A stretch of 64,000 nucleotides of DNA from Trichoplax sp. H2. Its lineage: Eukaryota. The DNA lies in the NCBI GenBank assembly GCA_003344405.1, contig NOWV01000030.1, positions 124,001 through 188,000 of the forward strand. The letters run 5' to 3'. Under the pieces are notes generated by a model. The model made no database searches. It worked only from the letters and a program-made list of their open reading frames with translations, and had not been told where the DNA came from. The translations under genes and the position numbers were made by a program. Shown one piece after another: positions 27,206 to 42,317 of the stretch (positions are counted from its first letter, which is position 1; each line of letters begins with the position of its first letter).

Positions 27206-30200
27206 ATGAAAGGAAAGCAAACGCGTAGCAGTAACAAGTATAAAATTGATTGGGAATGGGCTAAAGAATCCACTGTACAGCAAATTAATCAAGAGCAAGT
27301 AGAAAAAGTTTATGGAGTTCATTTTAATTCCTGCAGCTTAACCAACGATAAGACTCATAGCAAGTAAGATATCCTTGTCATGCATTTTCAATGAATGAGA
27401 GTGATTGGGAAATGCCAACTCTTTCAGAATCAATCAATTTGATTCGTGCGATAAATTGCTTACTTATAATGCTATCGACTACATTTATGAATTTGCTTTA
27501 GAGATATGAAATTATAAATAATGGAACTTAGTATTGAATACAGCTACTTTTCAATTCATAGTGTGCAGTAATTCCAGTTGAATTTTACAACTACTTTTCT
27601 ATCAAGTACAGATTGCAGTGAGGTATGGTGCTTTGCACGATACAATCACTAGCAAAATAGGACTTGTCTGCTTCAATTAGGTCTATCTGCTAAATTATAG
27701 TCAGGATTACTACTACAAATGGCATTCTACTGATAGTATATTTTTTTCAAAATGTATTTATAGCCTGTAGAATGAATTCTAAACAAGAGATCAGACGTAA
27801 TGCACATTAGGAAAGCTACTAACCTCTATAGTAACAAAATTGACCACTTTTCACAATCTTACGTCAGCCATTGCTTCCAAAGCAGCGACATAACGGATAC
27901 TTTAGCATACATAAGGCAATTGCTACATCATCTGCATATTCACTGTTTTATATTGCACCATACGAGAGGAATCTTGATACAATACTTATACTTTAGCCAT
28001 TTTTGGACTTGCTTAGACCGTAATTGTATTGGGTAATCAATCTCCAGTTTGATTGCCATTTCTTGTTAGCGGTAGACATCCTGGAAAATATTCAAATTTC
28101 AGATATGGATCAACAATGATAGGATTGTCGGATGATGGTTTAACATGCTCTAAAATCTGCAATCTATACAGTAATTAATTAAATAGCATAGATAACACTG
28201 TAAATGGGTATATAACTTTATTATGATTCATGTTTTGAAACGCGTTAACCTATTACAAACAATTTAAGATCAAGTCTAAATAGGCATTCAAAATGAATTG
28301 AAAAATGCAAGCAGTCATCAATCAATATGGAGGCACTTTAGATAGATGGCGTTTAATTAGCTAGGATGAGTTATTCTTTGTAATGTATTACTGCAATGGG
28401 ATAAATTAAATGATAGGAAGCCAATGAATAAATTCGTCAATGAATCTAGTTTAGCTAGGAATAATGTAATATTATCAAACGCCTATTCTTACTAATGACA
28501 ACTTACTACCAAAAATTATAAAATGATCCAATAGTGATCCGTAGGTCTACATTAGGCAATTATCTCCCCAACATCAATGACTTAATACATTACTTTGCAG
28601 ACTATATTATGATACGTAATACTAATTAGTACTGTACAAGTAGGAATATTTCATTTCTCATGTGATAAGCTTATTTTCAAATAACACATGTAAAATATAA
28701 TACTGTGTATGTATGTCTAGATTTTACAGCAAGAGGCCACGTTGCATGGCATGCTATAATAATCATATCGCTAACTATAAAAATCAATTTTACATGGTTA
28801 ACATAACTTTCTGATTCGTTCATCTAGGAGTAATTGTCGCAGTAACCCAAATTGCCTAGTGCATTTAGGGGAAGCGAATTGGATATCCAATACTGAAGGT
28901 AAATTAACGAATTGAATGACGCTGCAATATAATTAAGAAGTAATGATACTACAGTACATTACAAACATTCCCCAAATCCTTAATCTTATCATAAAATGAA
29001 CAGTATCATGATATCATAAGATTAATACACCTAAGAAATATTAAAAATGCAAACTATTGTACACAAACTATAGTAACATGCTTTTCTTTTCAAAAGTTGA
29101 GTCTGCTGTATACACGGAGGTCATTGAGAATATTGTCAGGCAAGATGTAAGTGTTAGGTGTTTTATCATAGTTAGTTGCTTCTATACTAGCTAGTTCTGA
29201 TTATAAATTTTTCTTGATATTATAATAGAACCAATTTCTAGGACTGAGAAATCTTGGAGCTACCTGCTATGTTAACTCTTTACTACAGGTAGTAGCTTTA
29301 CGTTATTCAAGGTATGCATTTCAAGTTAATTCTTTCTTTTCGGTATATTGTACAGGTTTGGTTTTTCATCTCTGATTTTCGAAGCGCTATTTATAGCTAC
29401 CGGAACGATTTTGTTCGGGATAAAGTAATAAAAGTGGATTTATTAACCGATAAAGGATTTAGTTTAATGGGTAAATGGCAACATACTTTAAAATTCTCAC
29501 TGTAGGGTGCTTAAGTATCATTAGTAAACACTCTACTTGCTAACTTATAACGTGTGTTATACATGTTTTTAGGGTTGGATGACAATGTTGATATAGAAAG
29601 CCATTATTATGAAAAAATTAATATAAGTAAAAAGATTAGTGACAGTATAAAATCATCTCAAGCTATCCATTCTAGCTCTCAGGGTCGACGAAGTCTGTTA
29701 AATAATTTATACGAAAGTGTACCTGAATTTGTTGGCAATCAAGAACAAATCCTGCCTGCACTAGCATCTATTTGTGATTACTTACAACTAATATTTGCAT
29801 TTCTGCAATTTAGTAAGCGCCGGTAAGTTTCACTTATTCCTTATCTTTATTTACTAAATTAATGCTATCAGTTAGTTTGCTTTACCTTCACTGGTATGCA
29901 ATATAACGAATAGTTCTTTATTTACCAGCTATATTGATCCATCACCGTTAATAAAGTTCCTTGGTCTAGATACCAATCAGCAGCAGGTTTTACTAGAACT
30001 TAGATGTGAAGTTAAATGTATCTTATTAACTTTATGCTATGCATGTGTAATAATTTGCAATTCTCACTAGGATATCCAAGAATTTTGTCAATTAACCATG
30101 ACACTTTTGGAGACAACACTTTCCTCTCAAGTGAGTTTTACATCAATCTTTTTACACAAGTATTATAATGCGCTATAAAATGCTGCTATTAACTATTACC

Positions 30201-33200
30201 CTGATAATATTTTCATTTTGTAGCTTGATACAAAAGTACAAAGCACTATTGGGACATTATTTCAAGGAAGATATTCGTATATCACAAAGTCCTGCATCAC
30301 AATTTATATAACTATTTAGCAGATTATTAATAACGTAGAAAAAATACCTAGATTAAAACTGAAATATTAAATAACTTAATTTATTATTTATTATGTGAAG
30401 GTGTGACAGTTGCAAGTTTATCTCGGAAAGGAATGCTACCTTTTATGAACTAGATTTGACGGTAGCAGGGCACAGTACGTTAGAAAAGAGCTTCGATGAC
30501 TTCTTCAAAGTATGAGGTTTTTCCTTCTGATATTTCAATGTTATTACCATATACGCTTTAGTTGACTACAGTATTTGAAAAATTAAGATCTAGGCTTAGC
30601 GATAACACATGCGGTCATTCTTATTGCGATATTACCATTCTATTGCAGAAGGAAAAGTTAAATGGACCTAATCAGTACTACTGCGAGGTGTGTCAGAGTA
30701 AGCGTGATGCTTCTCGATGGATTGGAGTAGATTCGCTTCCGCCAGTTTTAAATATTCAGCTACTTAGATTTATTTATGATAGGTATTACCCAACTAATTT
30801 ATCTTTCTTACCTGCCATTTTATTACATTTTGCTAAACATACAATTGTAATATTTAACATTGATATAGGAATACCGGCCAAAAGAAAAAGCTTAAATCTA
30901 TATTACATTTTCCAGAAGTACTCGATATGACCAAGTATATAAGACATGCACCAACTGATACTTCTTTCATATATGACATAAAGGCTGTTCTTATACATCG
31001 CGGCGCTGGTACCCAATCCGGTCATTACTTTACACATATAAAAGAAGACGAGGTTACTCACAGCTTTTCTATGATATACAGTTTTGCTAAAATTATTTTG
31101 TATAACTCACCTCTATAATATTACAGTCGAAATCTTGGTATGTGTTTAACGATGAGGCGGTATATCAGTTAAGTGGGAAAAAATTACAGATAGATGAAGA
31201 TTCAATGGAATCTGATGATCTAAGTCAATCGAGTAAAAATCCTAAACCGGTTAAAGGTATTGCTTTAATAATGATGATGTTGCATGGACAAATTATTGTA
31301 AGGCATTTTTCATTAAGCTAACATTCTTATTTTTAGCTGGTTATCACGCATCTCGCAGCGCCTACATGTTGGTGTATACGCGACGCTCTAGTATAGGAGA
31401 ATATTCTAGCGATTTAAAAGAGAACGTAATTTTGCCCAGAAGTATTGTTAAAATCATCAGTGAAGATAACGTGTCCATTAAGAACTGGATCAATGCAGTT
31501 ACTGAACAAATGGTTAGATTTTTAAAGTTGTGTCGCTAGTATTTCTAAAATCTATCATTGTTTTCAGCTTATAAAACTTCAGACTGTCTATATCTGTGTA
31601 TCTCAGACAAAGAGTGAAATCAGTCAAACTAATACAATTCATGCAAATCTTGCTAATCTAGTTTAGATCTTACATTGTCATTTTGGCATCAGAGGACAAT
31701 TGGAGTGATATGAGTTTCATTTTTTAATGCGCAATGTATTACTTTTTTGAATACAGCTAAGCCATACAGCTGCGATAGGTAATAGAGCGCAAGAGATAAA
31801 TCGAATTTATCCTTCTCTGTCAGCTGATACAGGTAGTAATATTTGATTTATAGGATCTTTCTTATTACTAATAACTCCTAATATATCAATGTTTAATTTC
31901 AATATTTGTTTAGATCAAACTTACGAATGGATTCCAACTGAATGGCTTTTAGAATGGCTGCGTAAACAAGATTTTAATTCTCCTATTGATAATAAGACAG
32001 TTTTGTGTAATCATAAGAAGTAGGAATTATCATTAAATTTTAAAATATTATGCTGTGGTATTGCTAAATTTAAACTTAACAGGTACTGTCGTTTATTAGA
32101 TTATCACCCGATTCTGTTTCTATGGTTAAGAGAATCAACCAAATATATGTATGTATTTACGATATGTATAGCTCACAACTTATACTCAGAGCTATTTTAA
32201 AAATAGTAATTAATTTTTAATTAATTGTAGGCAAATGAATTATACAAGTTATATGGTGGAGGCCCCCGTCTAACTAGGTGATGAGTTACTGTTAAATATT
32301 GTAGTATCACTAAATATAAATCGAGTTTTTAATTGATACAGGGAAGATATGTGTAAACAATGTGTGGAGGAAAAATATCGAAGAATTCAATTTGATACAA
32401 GATTGAATAATGATTGGAAATTTATTAAATCTACCATAACCAAAACGTTACCAACTGGGTATTATAGTATATCTGTTTCGAAAAACTAATAGAAATTGCT
32501 TTGTTTTCGCTTCCATAGTTTTATACTTATTAAATTTGTTTAATTATGTAGACAAACCGAATTTTGGATTGGCAAAGCATCTCTTAGAAATTGGAAAGGT
32601 TTAACTATTAAGAAATTCGAGAAGGATATCAGTGAATCTTCATTAAAAACGACCACGGTAATTGGCTATCAATTTGTTATTAAAGCACATTATTGAGAAT
32701 TACTATCCATTTAATCTGCAATTGTGTTCTTGCAAATATATATCATAGGAAAATTCGGAACCGGCCAAGGAAGATGCCGAAAGTGATGCTAACCTAGCAG
32801 CAGATAGTGCTACTTATGATGATGAATTTGAATTTAATCAAGATCTACTATGTGAAGAACATGGTATTTCTATAGCTAGTCGTTACTTTGTAAAAATTTC
32901 GGTTTTAAGATTGTTTCACCAATTAAACGATAATTTTTTAGGTAATTTAACCGCAGAGGAATCGAATCGACAGATAGTTAGTGAAGTAGTCTGGCTCATG
33001 TTAAAATATTACTTTCCTGAAGCAGCTAGCTATCCAGTGGGAACACCCATTTGTCACCTTTGCGAAGTAACAAATTAGTTTTTCAATTATAACGATTAGT
33101 CAATAGGAGATTATAACTTTGATTAAGTGATTAGAATATATCTTAGGTTAAGCTAAATTTGAACTATCCTACTAGGAAATCGCAAAAGCTAAAGTAGAAG

Positions 33201-35099
33201 ATGAAGAAACTTTAAGATTGTATGCTGCTACTGAAAAGAAGATTCTAAGTAAAATATATAGTAACAAATCTAGACCGTCAATTGAGGATGAGGTTCGTTA
33301 TTGGTATTAAAATTTTTCCTTCAAATGAATAAATTTATATTGCATATACCGCGTTTGAATATACATGAACAGTTAAAACTTTGAATTAAAATTGCTTAAA
33401 AACCAATAAAAGTAAGGTTTTATTGTATTAATAGGGAGAGTTTTACGTTATCCCTTTAAGTTTCGTAAGAAAATGGCGTAACTTTATAAGGTACCTGATT
33501 AGTGCGGCTCAATTTATAGGCTAAACTATGGATATATGTTATTAGTAGTTTAATAGGCTAAAAGTAATTCCTGATGTGAAGGTCATATTTTTCAATTGTA
33601 GGCAACCAATAGTAAAGTGTCGTCCTAAGCAAATTAATCTATCTGAAATTCTTTGCGAACACAATAAACTTCCGTTCGATCCTTTGATGGATCTCGATGG
33701 AGATAAAATGTGATTTTATTTGCCCTTTGTTAATGTATGCTGTCATTTGGGTTACTCTTGCATCGCATTCATAAATTTCTTCATCATTTGTTATTCCGGT
33801 TTGATGATTTAGTTACGTTAATGTGACTACAGAAGAATGGGTTAATCTGCTTAATTTTTATGGAAGTACAAGTGGAACTTGTAAAGAAATTAAGATCACG
33901 GTTAAAGATAGATTATGTGAATGTTTTCCGCCATGTTGCCAAATCTGTATTGATAGCTTAATAGAAAGAAGAGCAACAGAGATTAAAACGTACAGAAACG
34001 CCAGAATTTACATCAGTAAGGAGAATCCAGATGATGAAAAGTGTATCGGTCCTTCTCATGATGAATGCGAGGTACGCATTTGAACTTACTGATCTAAATT
34101 TACCGAAATTTTAATGATTTTTTTCTTACTGTAGATGTATTAGCGTAGTATTTTAATTGGATACATATAACTAGCTATCTTTGATTTGATCATTTGAAAA
34201 AGCACCCTTATCTCCTATTTGTTGTCAAATAAATTAAAATTTTATAATTATTTAGAATATTCAAAAAGAGTCTCGTAAACGTAGCATTACGACAATTTCT
34301 CCGTTGAGGCGTAGTAAACGGTGAGTTCTCGTAAATGGGTTGTGGGTATTGTAATCTTTACACTAGCGTTTACAAAAGTTGGATATTGAACTGGTGTCCA
34401 TGGCTCTTCTTGATTTTAATACATTATAGATGTCGCCCCGGTGAAGTTGCAGTTACAATTTCATCTGATGAAACTTTACGCGATCTAAAGTTGAAGGTAT
34501 GGTGAATAGATTTTTACTGGCACGTATTTATATTTATCTATTTATTGGTCAATCTATGGCTTACTATACGATTATTTAGGTTATGACTGAATTTCAAGTT
34601 GCACCCTTTGATCAACACCTTCATTTGAATGGTTGCGAATTATTTGATAATGACCGTACGTTGGGAAATTCAGGAATTTTACCCGATTGTCGTCTGACGT
34701 TGAAAGTATTGTATTTTAACTCTGTTTGTTTAATTTTAGCTATCGGATCTAGCATTTATTATCATATATTCATATAATTTGTTTACTTTAACAGATAGAT
34801 TTGCCTGTAGAAATAACTGAAGAACCCCGAGGTAAGATGAAGTATCGTAGCTTTTAATTTTTTATTAGATATGATATAAACTTCATGTTTAGGGCAACTT
34901 AACGGTTAAAATATTTCTATTAAATTTGTAATAGAACCTGAAGCTGGATTTATGGGTATTACAAACATCGAATTCTCATAATATTTTGATTTCATGAATG
35001 TTTACATCTTTCATGGGGATTAATTGCTAATAATTTTAAATTTTCTTTTAAATTTGTGTTATGGTTTTAGGTACAGGCCTTGTGAGTTTTTCAAGTTAA
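27206..35099 (+). CDS. USP48: Ubiquitin carboxyl-terminal hydrolase 48 (USP domain, DUSP domains, C-terminal UBL), about 30 exons
   Basis: Exon 1 at 27206-27363 (MKGK…DWEWAKES…EQVEKVY); 28828-28898 (NCRSNPNCLVHLGEANW); Cys box GLRNLGATCYVNSLLQ at ~29240; QQQ/DIQEF; NQYYCEVCQSKRDASR…LPPVLNIQLLRFIYDR; His box HRGAGTQSGHYFTH at ~31000; WYVFNDE; UBL VAPFDQHLHLNG; C-terminus EPEAGFM/GTGLVSFSS* with TAA at 35097-35099. These parallel human USP48 motifs. Confidence 0.93.
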
Positions 35100-35997
35100 G
35101 CAAGTCTTCGATCTGAACTTGTGACAAAATTGATGTATTTATAACTGTTACATATAAATAACCCAAGAAAATTTCGGTGTAAAGGCCAACAAGGACAGAT
35201 AGCTAGACTATTCATGTATATTTCGATTGATGATTGAGCTTTTAGAATATCGATTACGATAAACTCTATCATGTTGTGTTGATGTGCATAGTTTTATTTG
35301 CTTTGATATTTGTATAATAGTAAATACGTATGTGTATTTCACGTTTTGGCCAGTAATGTTGAATATGATATAGGTACGAACGTTTAATAATTCAAAAATA
35401 ATTGAGCGTAACAAAGTTTTTTTTGCTGTGACAGTCAGCATTAACTGTCACTAGATGATAACGATTACGGTCCCTATACTGTGTAAATATATACAGTAAT
35501 GATAACAAATGTATTATAGTCAAAACTAATAATGATTACCAGCGTATGACTGATACTTTATTAATTTCCTATAAATATCAAAATCCTAGCTTATTTGCTG
35601 GGCAGTGTATCATGAATGTATTTCTAAAGTATTTTATCATGAAAGTTTAATGTACTGTGTATCGCGGTCCATTCAATGACGGTAACAATAGTACTAATAG
35701 TTGTACGCAACTTCAATAGCTGGATTTCAATTGATGATTGAAGATCATGTATGATCAATAAAGAGGTATAACTTTGGTAGACATCTTGAGAATGAGCATC
35801 AATTAATAGTCAGTACAGTAGTATAGGGAATAAGAAAGATTCTATTTATTACAAGAAAACATTTCAGAACAATAACATGATAACCAGTATGACAGCAACG
35901 GCCGTAAGTACGATACACTACAGTAGAATACAGGTAGTATTAACAACATTTTTAAGATCAAACCTTTTCGTGTAATAGTTATAATAATTAATTAAGA

Positions 35998-38900
35998 TTA
36001 TCCGTCATAAAAAGTTGGTAATTTATCGCCAGAAATGATTGTTCGATTTATTCCATCTTTATCAATGGAAGCTAAGCGAATCACGCCACCTGAAGATCCG
36101 TCCCGAGACATTGCCAGAGCAACAGCTATAAATTACCGATTGAAAATAGTTAGATATTTATATAGATTTTGGAATTTGATAACAGTAACTAACGAACCTT
36201 GTTTTACAAAATCCAAGCATTCGTTTTTGCTCATATTAGGCTTATAGTGGGCATCACAATATCCGTAGATGTAAGTACTACCAGAACCTTATCAACAAAA
36301 TATACGAGTAAGTACACAATCGCATATTACTTACCAAATATGGTTTGCATACTTTGACTCAAAGTATGCTATAACTCATTGATTTCAGATCAATTTCACT
36401 ATTTTGGCTTAAGGTTATTTTGAGTACTTACCACCAATAGTAAATGGCCGACGTACACACATGCCACCAAGAGGAATAACGTAAACCTAATCATGTATCA
36501 TAATATATTTAGAGTGACTGTATTTAGATCTTAAGTAACTGTTACTTCATATCGTAGTATACTAAGTGCATGTAGTTTATAAAATTTACCTGGCCACCCT
36601 TGAAACAATCCCAACCAGCACAAATAATTCCTGCTACCATGCTGTCTCTATATCTGTAACACATGTCGCGGAATATACTCGACGCAGTTTCAACTAGGGG
36701 TTCTTCATCTAGTTCCATCCTTTGGTTAAGGATTACAAAATAGCAATTAGTTCAATTTTTAATCTTGAGGGGTGGTTTAAGACATTCAAAATCTACTTAC
36801 TTGTGAAAGTTTAGGCTGTAGGCAACAATATCTGCAATTGCTTGCGTATCAGCAGCGGAACCGGATCGACAGCAGTAAATACTATCACTAATCCGCGTTA
36901 ACTTGTCTGTCACCCGATTAACAACATAGGATCTAATCGATTGATTGGTTTCAATATTACCGCAGTTAATTTCAAGCACTAGAATAGAAATTCTGACACC
37001 AGGGTCAATACTTTCAATTTCTTTATCCTTACCCAGACGTTGTTCGAGAATCCGCACCAATTACTACGCCACCGTCGTATTCAACTGCCATAATTGTTGT
37101 CTATTAGTTGATTTAGCATAGGATAAATAGAATTGATATCATCAGCGATCAAATTCAATATTGCTAATAAATGATCATACGCGTAATTATTTTTACTTTA
37201 TATCATTGCTATAAGACAATACAACTACGATTGTAGAAGTTATCTATAGCGGTGGTTATAACATGTAGAGCTTCAAACAGTCATGAGCGAAATTAGCAGA
37301 CAAGGGTTATGTAGCAAATGTCAAATTATGAGACACTTGTAGCACATCAGTGAACGGATTTGTTTTCAATTGTATCCATATTTTCCGTGTGTGAATTATA
37401 CGTTAGTGGGCATATTATGGAATAAAGCATGCCATTATAGGATTGACGTGATGTAACACCGAAATCTGTAGTGACGGTGGTAAAACTGTAACTTCTGTGG
37501 ATGCTGCTTCTCGTAGAATAATTAAGTTATTTGATATTTTCTATGGATTATCCTATACCGTGAGTATTTCGTATTTACTGTTCAGCCTGGAGTACACGAG
37601 TAAATAGGATTACGTTATTGCACGTAGGGGGGATTTTAGTGATTGCGCCTGTAAAAAGACTACAGTATATAGGACAAAATCAGCACTGATTGTTTGAGTT
37701 AATTACACTATACGAAGATCTTTAGGTCACCTACTACATCAGTAGAAATCGACCACTCTTTTATAGAATTAGTATACGATATGTCCTCGAGTCTACACTG
37801 GAAGAAAGTATATGTAAGCGTTTATCCACTTTGGTAGTGTATCAACATTATAGATGAAGGGCCACATAGAAGCTTTTGGTTGATGCTGCTTCTAATTCCC
37901 GTCATAATATGAAGTGGCTATGATGTCCATTTTAAACACCAAGTAGCTTCCTAGGTATTGGGATAATTCTATAATACGTGTCGTTGAGCTATGCAAAGAG
38001 TATAGACGCGTCTGGAATTCAAAGTACTAGACGCGATGTAAGTCTGACTACTAGCTACAATAAATTATACAAAGAAGAGCCAGCTTTGACATATCGAGAA
38101 CAGCGTCATGGACGCTAGTCTAAGCTAGTTCTGGTAAAGTCTTGCAAGTATAACTCATCACATAATAATCGATCGACGTCTAGCAATGTGAGTAGTGTAG
38201 TCGTGGTAAGTCAACATTGATTGATGATGGTCATACTGTAGAAAGATTGTAGATTTATGATTAGACATACTGATTGAAGTCATTCTATAACTGTTCAGCG
38301 ATGCAGTAGTCTCTATATGTAGAAGTCAAGTGGCAGAACTAGAGTAACTGACCGTTCTACTTCGGATTAGAGTAATTATTCCCATTTTAATATACGATGT
38401 TGGCACGTTACACATTTATCCGATCATTGCCTACCTGGAGATCCTTTCATGCGTGTATTTCAAATCCATGATATTGTTCACTATAGTCTACACTATCACT
38501 CTTTCAATATGGACAATTGCTGAGTATCAGTTTTAAAACAACCATTAGAGGAAAGTATCCTATAGAATAGGGCTTATTGATTCACTGTTACTGCATAAGA
38601 GAGATTTTTTGATGCACTGTGTGCCATCCCTAGTCAGTCTGATGTAGCACTATCGCCTTAGCTGGTGATTGAAAATGTTGTTGGTAAAGAGCAGCGTCAT
38701 AGTGACGTGAGTCCGAGTACTGGGAAATAATTATTGCACCAATCTTGGACGTGCCGTGCCACTCATGGATATGGAACGAATAACATAGTCATCGATCGAT
38801 GTATGGCTAAGTAAATAGTCCTGAATGACTGATGATGTATATAACCTTGCTGTTTGAACATTATGATCCACTACAGAAGATATCCATTTATCCATCGCAA

Positions 38901-39110
38901 CGAGTGGAAAGGATAAAAGAAACTACAAAGACTAATGGATCGCTATAGAGATAGACTACCGTAGTACTTTTTTTGAACTCTACTGTATCCACATCAGACG
39001 AATACAAGCTGCAATGGACTTACCCCAGTCATCACTTCAGAATTCAGCCAATCTGGCGAGCTATCGCTAAAGGCAGTATCATTACTATTGGTTATTAAAT
39101 TAACGGCCAT
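35998..39110 (-). CDS. PSMB6: 20S proteasome subunit beta1 (PSMB6/Pre3), 7 exons
   Basis: Exon 1 at 39024-39110 encodes a 29-aa propeptide ending [11 protein letters not shown]. Exon 37033-37100 starts at catalytic Thr1 ([23 protein letters not shown]). Exon 36801-36932 has NRVTDKLT…[11 protein letters not shown] with the beta1-type Arg45. Further motifs: [23 protein letters not shown], and last exon [14 protein letters not shown]…LPTFYDG* with the stop at 35998-36000. Confidence 0.96.
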
Positions 39111-39187
39111 CTTCGAAGGCTATTTACTCCTTAACTGTAGTCCAAGTTGCAAAAAATAGTCAGCGCTTTGCCTGGGAAGGAAAGGAA

Positions 39188-39608
39188 AGGCCTCGGACTA
39201 GACGGTGTTGGTGATCCAGTTTGCGCATGCGTATGATAACCCAAGAGCCACCATGGAAAAAATGAATTGATTGATTCTTAGCAAGAGACTGGTCTAATGA
39301 TAGTGGATTCATTTGCAATTCTGCGTTCTATACGAAAAACACTATGTTGTAGCTCATGTTTCAGTAGGCATTGCCATCGATCAGCCTAGGATTGTCAGGG
39401 CCTCGGACTGGACGGTGTTGGTGACCCAGTTTGCGCATGCGTGTTACCACCCAAGAGCCACCATGGAAAAAATGAATTGATTGATTCTTAGCAAGAGACT
39501 GGTCTAATGATAGAGGATTCTCTTGCAATTCTACGTTGTATACGAAAAACACTATGGAATAGCTCATGTTTTAGTAGGCATAGCGATAGATCAGCCTAGG
39601 ATTGTCAT
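39188..39608. repeat. Two-copy 210-bp tandem duplication in the PSMB6 upstream region
   Basis: 'ggcctcggact.gacggtgttggtga.ccagtttgcgcatgcgt…gatcagcctaggattgtca' occurs twice at a 210-bp period. Confidence 0.95.
39222..39232. promoter_or_regulatory. NRF1-like GCGCATGCG element; second copy at 39432-39442
   Basis: TGCGCATGCGT lies about 110 bp and 320 bp upstream of the PSMB6 ATG and resembles the NRF1 consensus YGCGCAYGCGCR. A related ACGCATGCGT sits at ~42610 upstream of H3.3. Confidence 0.35.
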
Positions 39609-41897
39609 AGCTCGAGACATGGATTCTGCGCTGTAGGAGTCGTTTGGTGACTTGTATGTTTGAAAAGAGTAAGACCAAAGTATGACTGTGCAGTATACAC
39701 ACTAGCCCTTGGTACAGTACAGTACCCTTGATCGGAAACAACTGTGTTGTGTGAACAATACTTGTCACCATGACTTCATACGCCAACCACAACTGGACGA
39801 GGAACTGCGACAGCGGCTGCGCGAATGAAAGGGTTAACACATATGTTTTATTTTACTTTATACGGTACTGTGTACTGTATGATGGTCTCAGTGTCCGGCT
39901 ATCGGTCATACAGTACAGTATATCCATATTGGCAAAAACGACACAACGAAGTGTTGATACAATAAAACAAGGACGACAAGGTTTTCTTCCATTTTTACTG
40001 TCCTAACACTAACAGGGATCTATTGGCCGCTCACAGTCGACAATTTTTGTGAGTGGAAATGGACAAGCGTAATCGTACCCCCGGGTTAATAGTCCTAATT
40101 CTGTTTCTGGTTAACGTATAGCTGTACACTGTTACAGTATTGTGATCAATAATGGATCGTATACTATGAAGAGTTAGGGAAAGATCATGATATGTACAAT
40201 ATTTGGCTAGTTTCTGTTGTGTAGTAGGTGACTATAGGACCTGTACTTTCCCATTTACCCACTTTTCATGCTGATACATACAACACGAGTTGAGATAGTC
40301 CATTTTATGCTACGAGTCTACCACGCACAGTATTGGTGTACTGTATTCGTAACTTGAACACATTTGATGTCAATTTCAATGACATATTCGCATAAAGCAT
40401 CTTCTTTCCAATCAAATGATACCAAATTTGTCTAATATGGACTTGAAATTAAAATGTCCTAGAATTTCAAACAGTGGAGACACGCTGTAGTACAAGATCC
40501 TCGTCATAGGTAGAGTCAGTACCACTGTGCAAGGGCATCCAGTTTTTGAAGTCTATGTGGTCATGCTTGCCTATGGTGATAGCAACACCAAACATATGAC
40601 ATTGTTGTTCAATGGCTCTACAGTACAAGCGCATTGGCAACAAAAATACGTCATAACCTATCCGCAACCGTCAGTTCAAATTAGAACCTGTCCCTCAATG
40701 GCAGGCAAGTTTTACACAATATTCAGTACCGTACTGTACCGATCGTAATAGTAGAACCCTTGTCTGCTTTTTCAATGACTCTGACTGTACCGTCTTGTCC
40801 TGTCCTGCTGTATTGAAAATAAAAGAATTATCCAACTCAATCCCCAAAAAGGAAAGAAACGCTGAAACTTTTCAATTCCCAGGGGCTTTTATTATCCTCC
40901 TACTCAGAATAAGTTAATCCATTCTACGTCAAGACTTTATTGCACGCTGCACAATCTAGGTTGAGATAAGTCATACCGCCCAATTTTGACTTGACTGAAT
41001 CATCATTTTTCTTTCCCTGATAGCGCATAAAATCAATTCATAAAAATGAAAAATACAGTACGGTAAAATCAGCTTTGAAGGCTGCAACATTCCTTTATGT
41101 GACGTTGCACAGCTGTACTGAACCGTCATGGCGTTGGCACAGTAATCAACTGGAACTGTAAATCACTTGTACTACAGTTACTGTACCATACTGTAGTACT
41201 GCATTGGAGAAATTTATTTTGTATACAGCAGTCAATTTTGGATTTGGTTGTTATACTGTACGACAGCAAATTGTATTACGTGTATTACGGGCGTACAGTA
41301 TGTCACACATACGCCATTACTCCGTTGGTTGTTTTGGCTAAAGTACCGCCAGAACCGTACTGTACCGATACGGCAGTATTGGTAGTTTTTGGGGAACGTG
41401 CACGATTGGACTGCAAAGTGATTTTCTTTCCAAATTGGAGCCATTTTCAAATTTGCAATAAAGCGAGTCAAAAAGCGTTCAAGACACATTTGAATATCGA
41501 GTTAGATGGATAATTTATTAAATGACTTTGACGTACATTTTTTTCAGTCATTCTTTAACGTAAATTATGAATGAAATGAATTTTTGTCCGCGAGTTCAAC
41601 ATTAAAATTGCATTTCATTAACATAGAATAGACATTACAACGTAGCACGGTGAACAACAAACAATGGCTAAATAGTTCAGCGCCTTTTACTGGCAATTTT
41701 TTTGACTCTAATTTTGTAACAAGATGCGGCGACTGATTAAAATTGTAGAAATATTCGTAATCATAACATTTAAATAGAGTTCAAGTTAAATTCGGCACCA
41801 TTTTCATGTAGTGCCACTATATTGAAATCTACATTTTGAAGTCAGTCATCTACACTACATTATACAGGTAAATTTGCTTTAGGGGTTATCAATTTCT

Positions 41898-42317
<420 letters not shown>

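Noticed and set aside
39352..39400. Hammerhead-like CTGAT…GAAAC on the minus strand of the 210-bp repeat
   Set aside because: The core reads CTGATCGA rather than CTGANGA, the flanking stems do not close, and the second copy loses the motif.
41500..41897. Replication-dependent histone 3' stem-loop or histone cluster
   Set aside because: No GGYYYTTYT-type stem-loop follows the stop, and no other histone genes are in the window.
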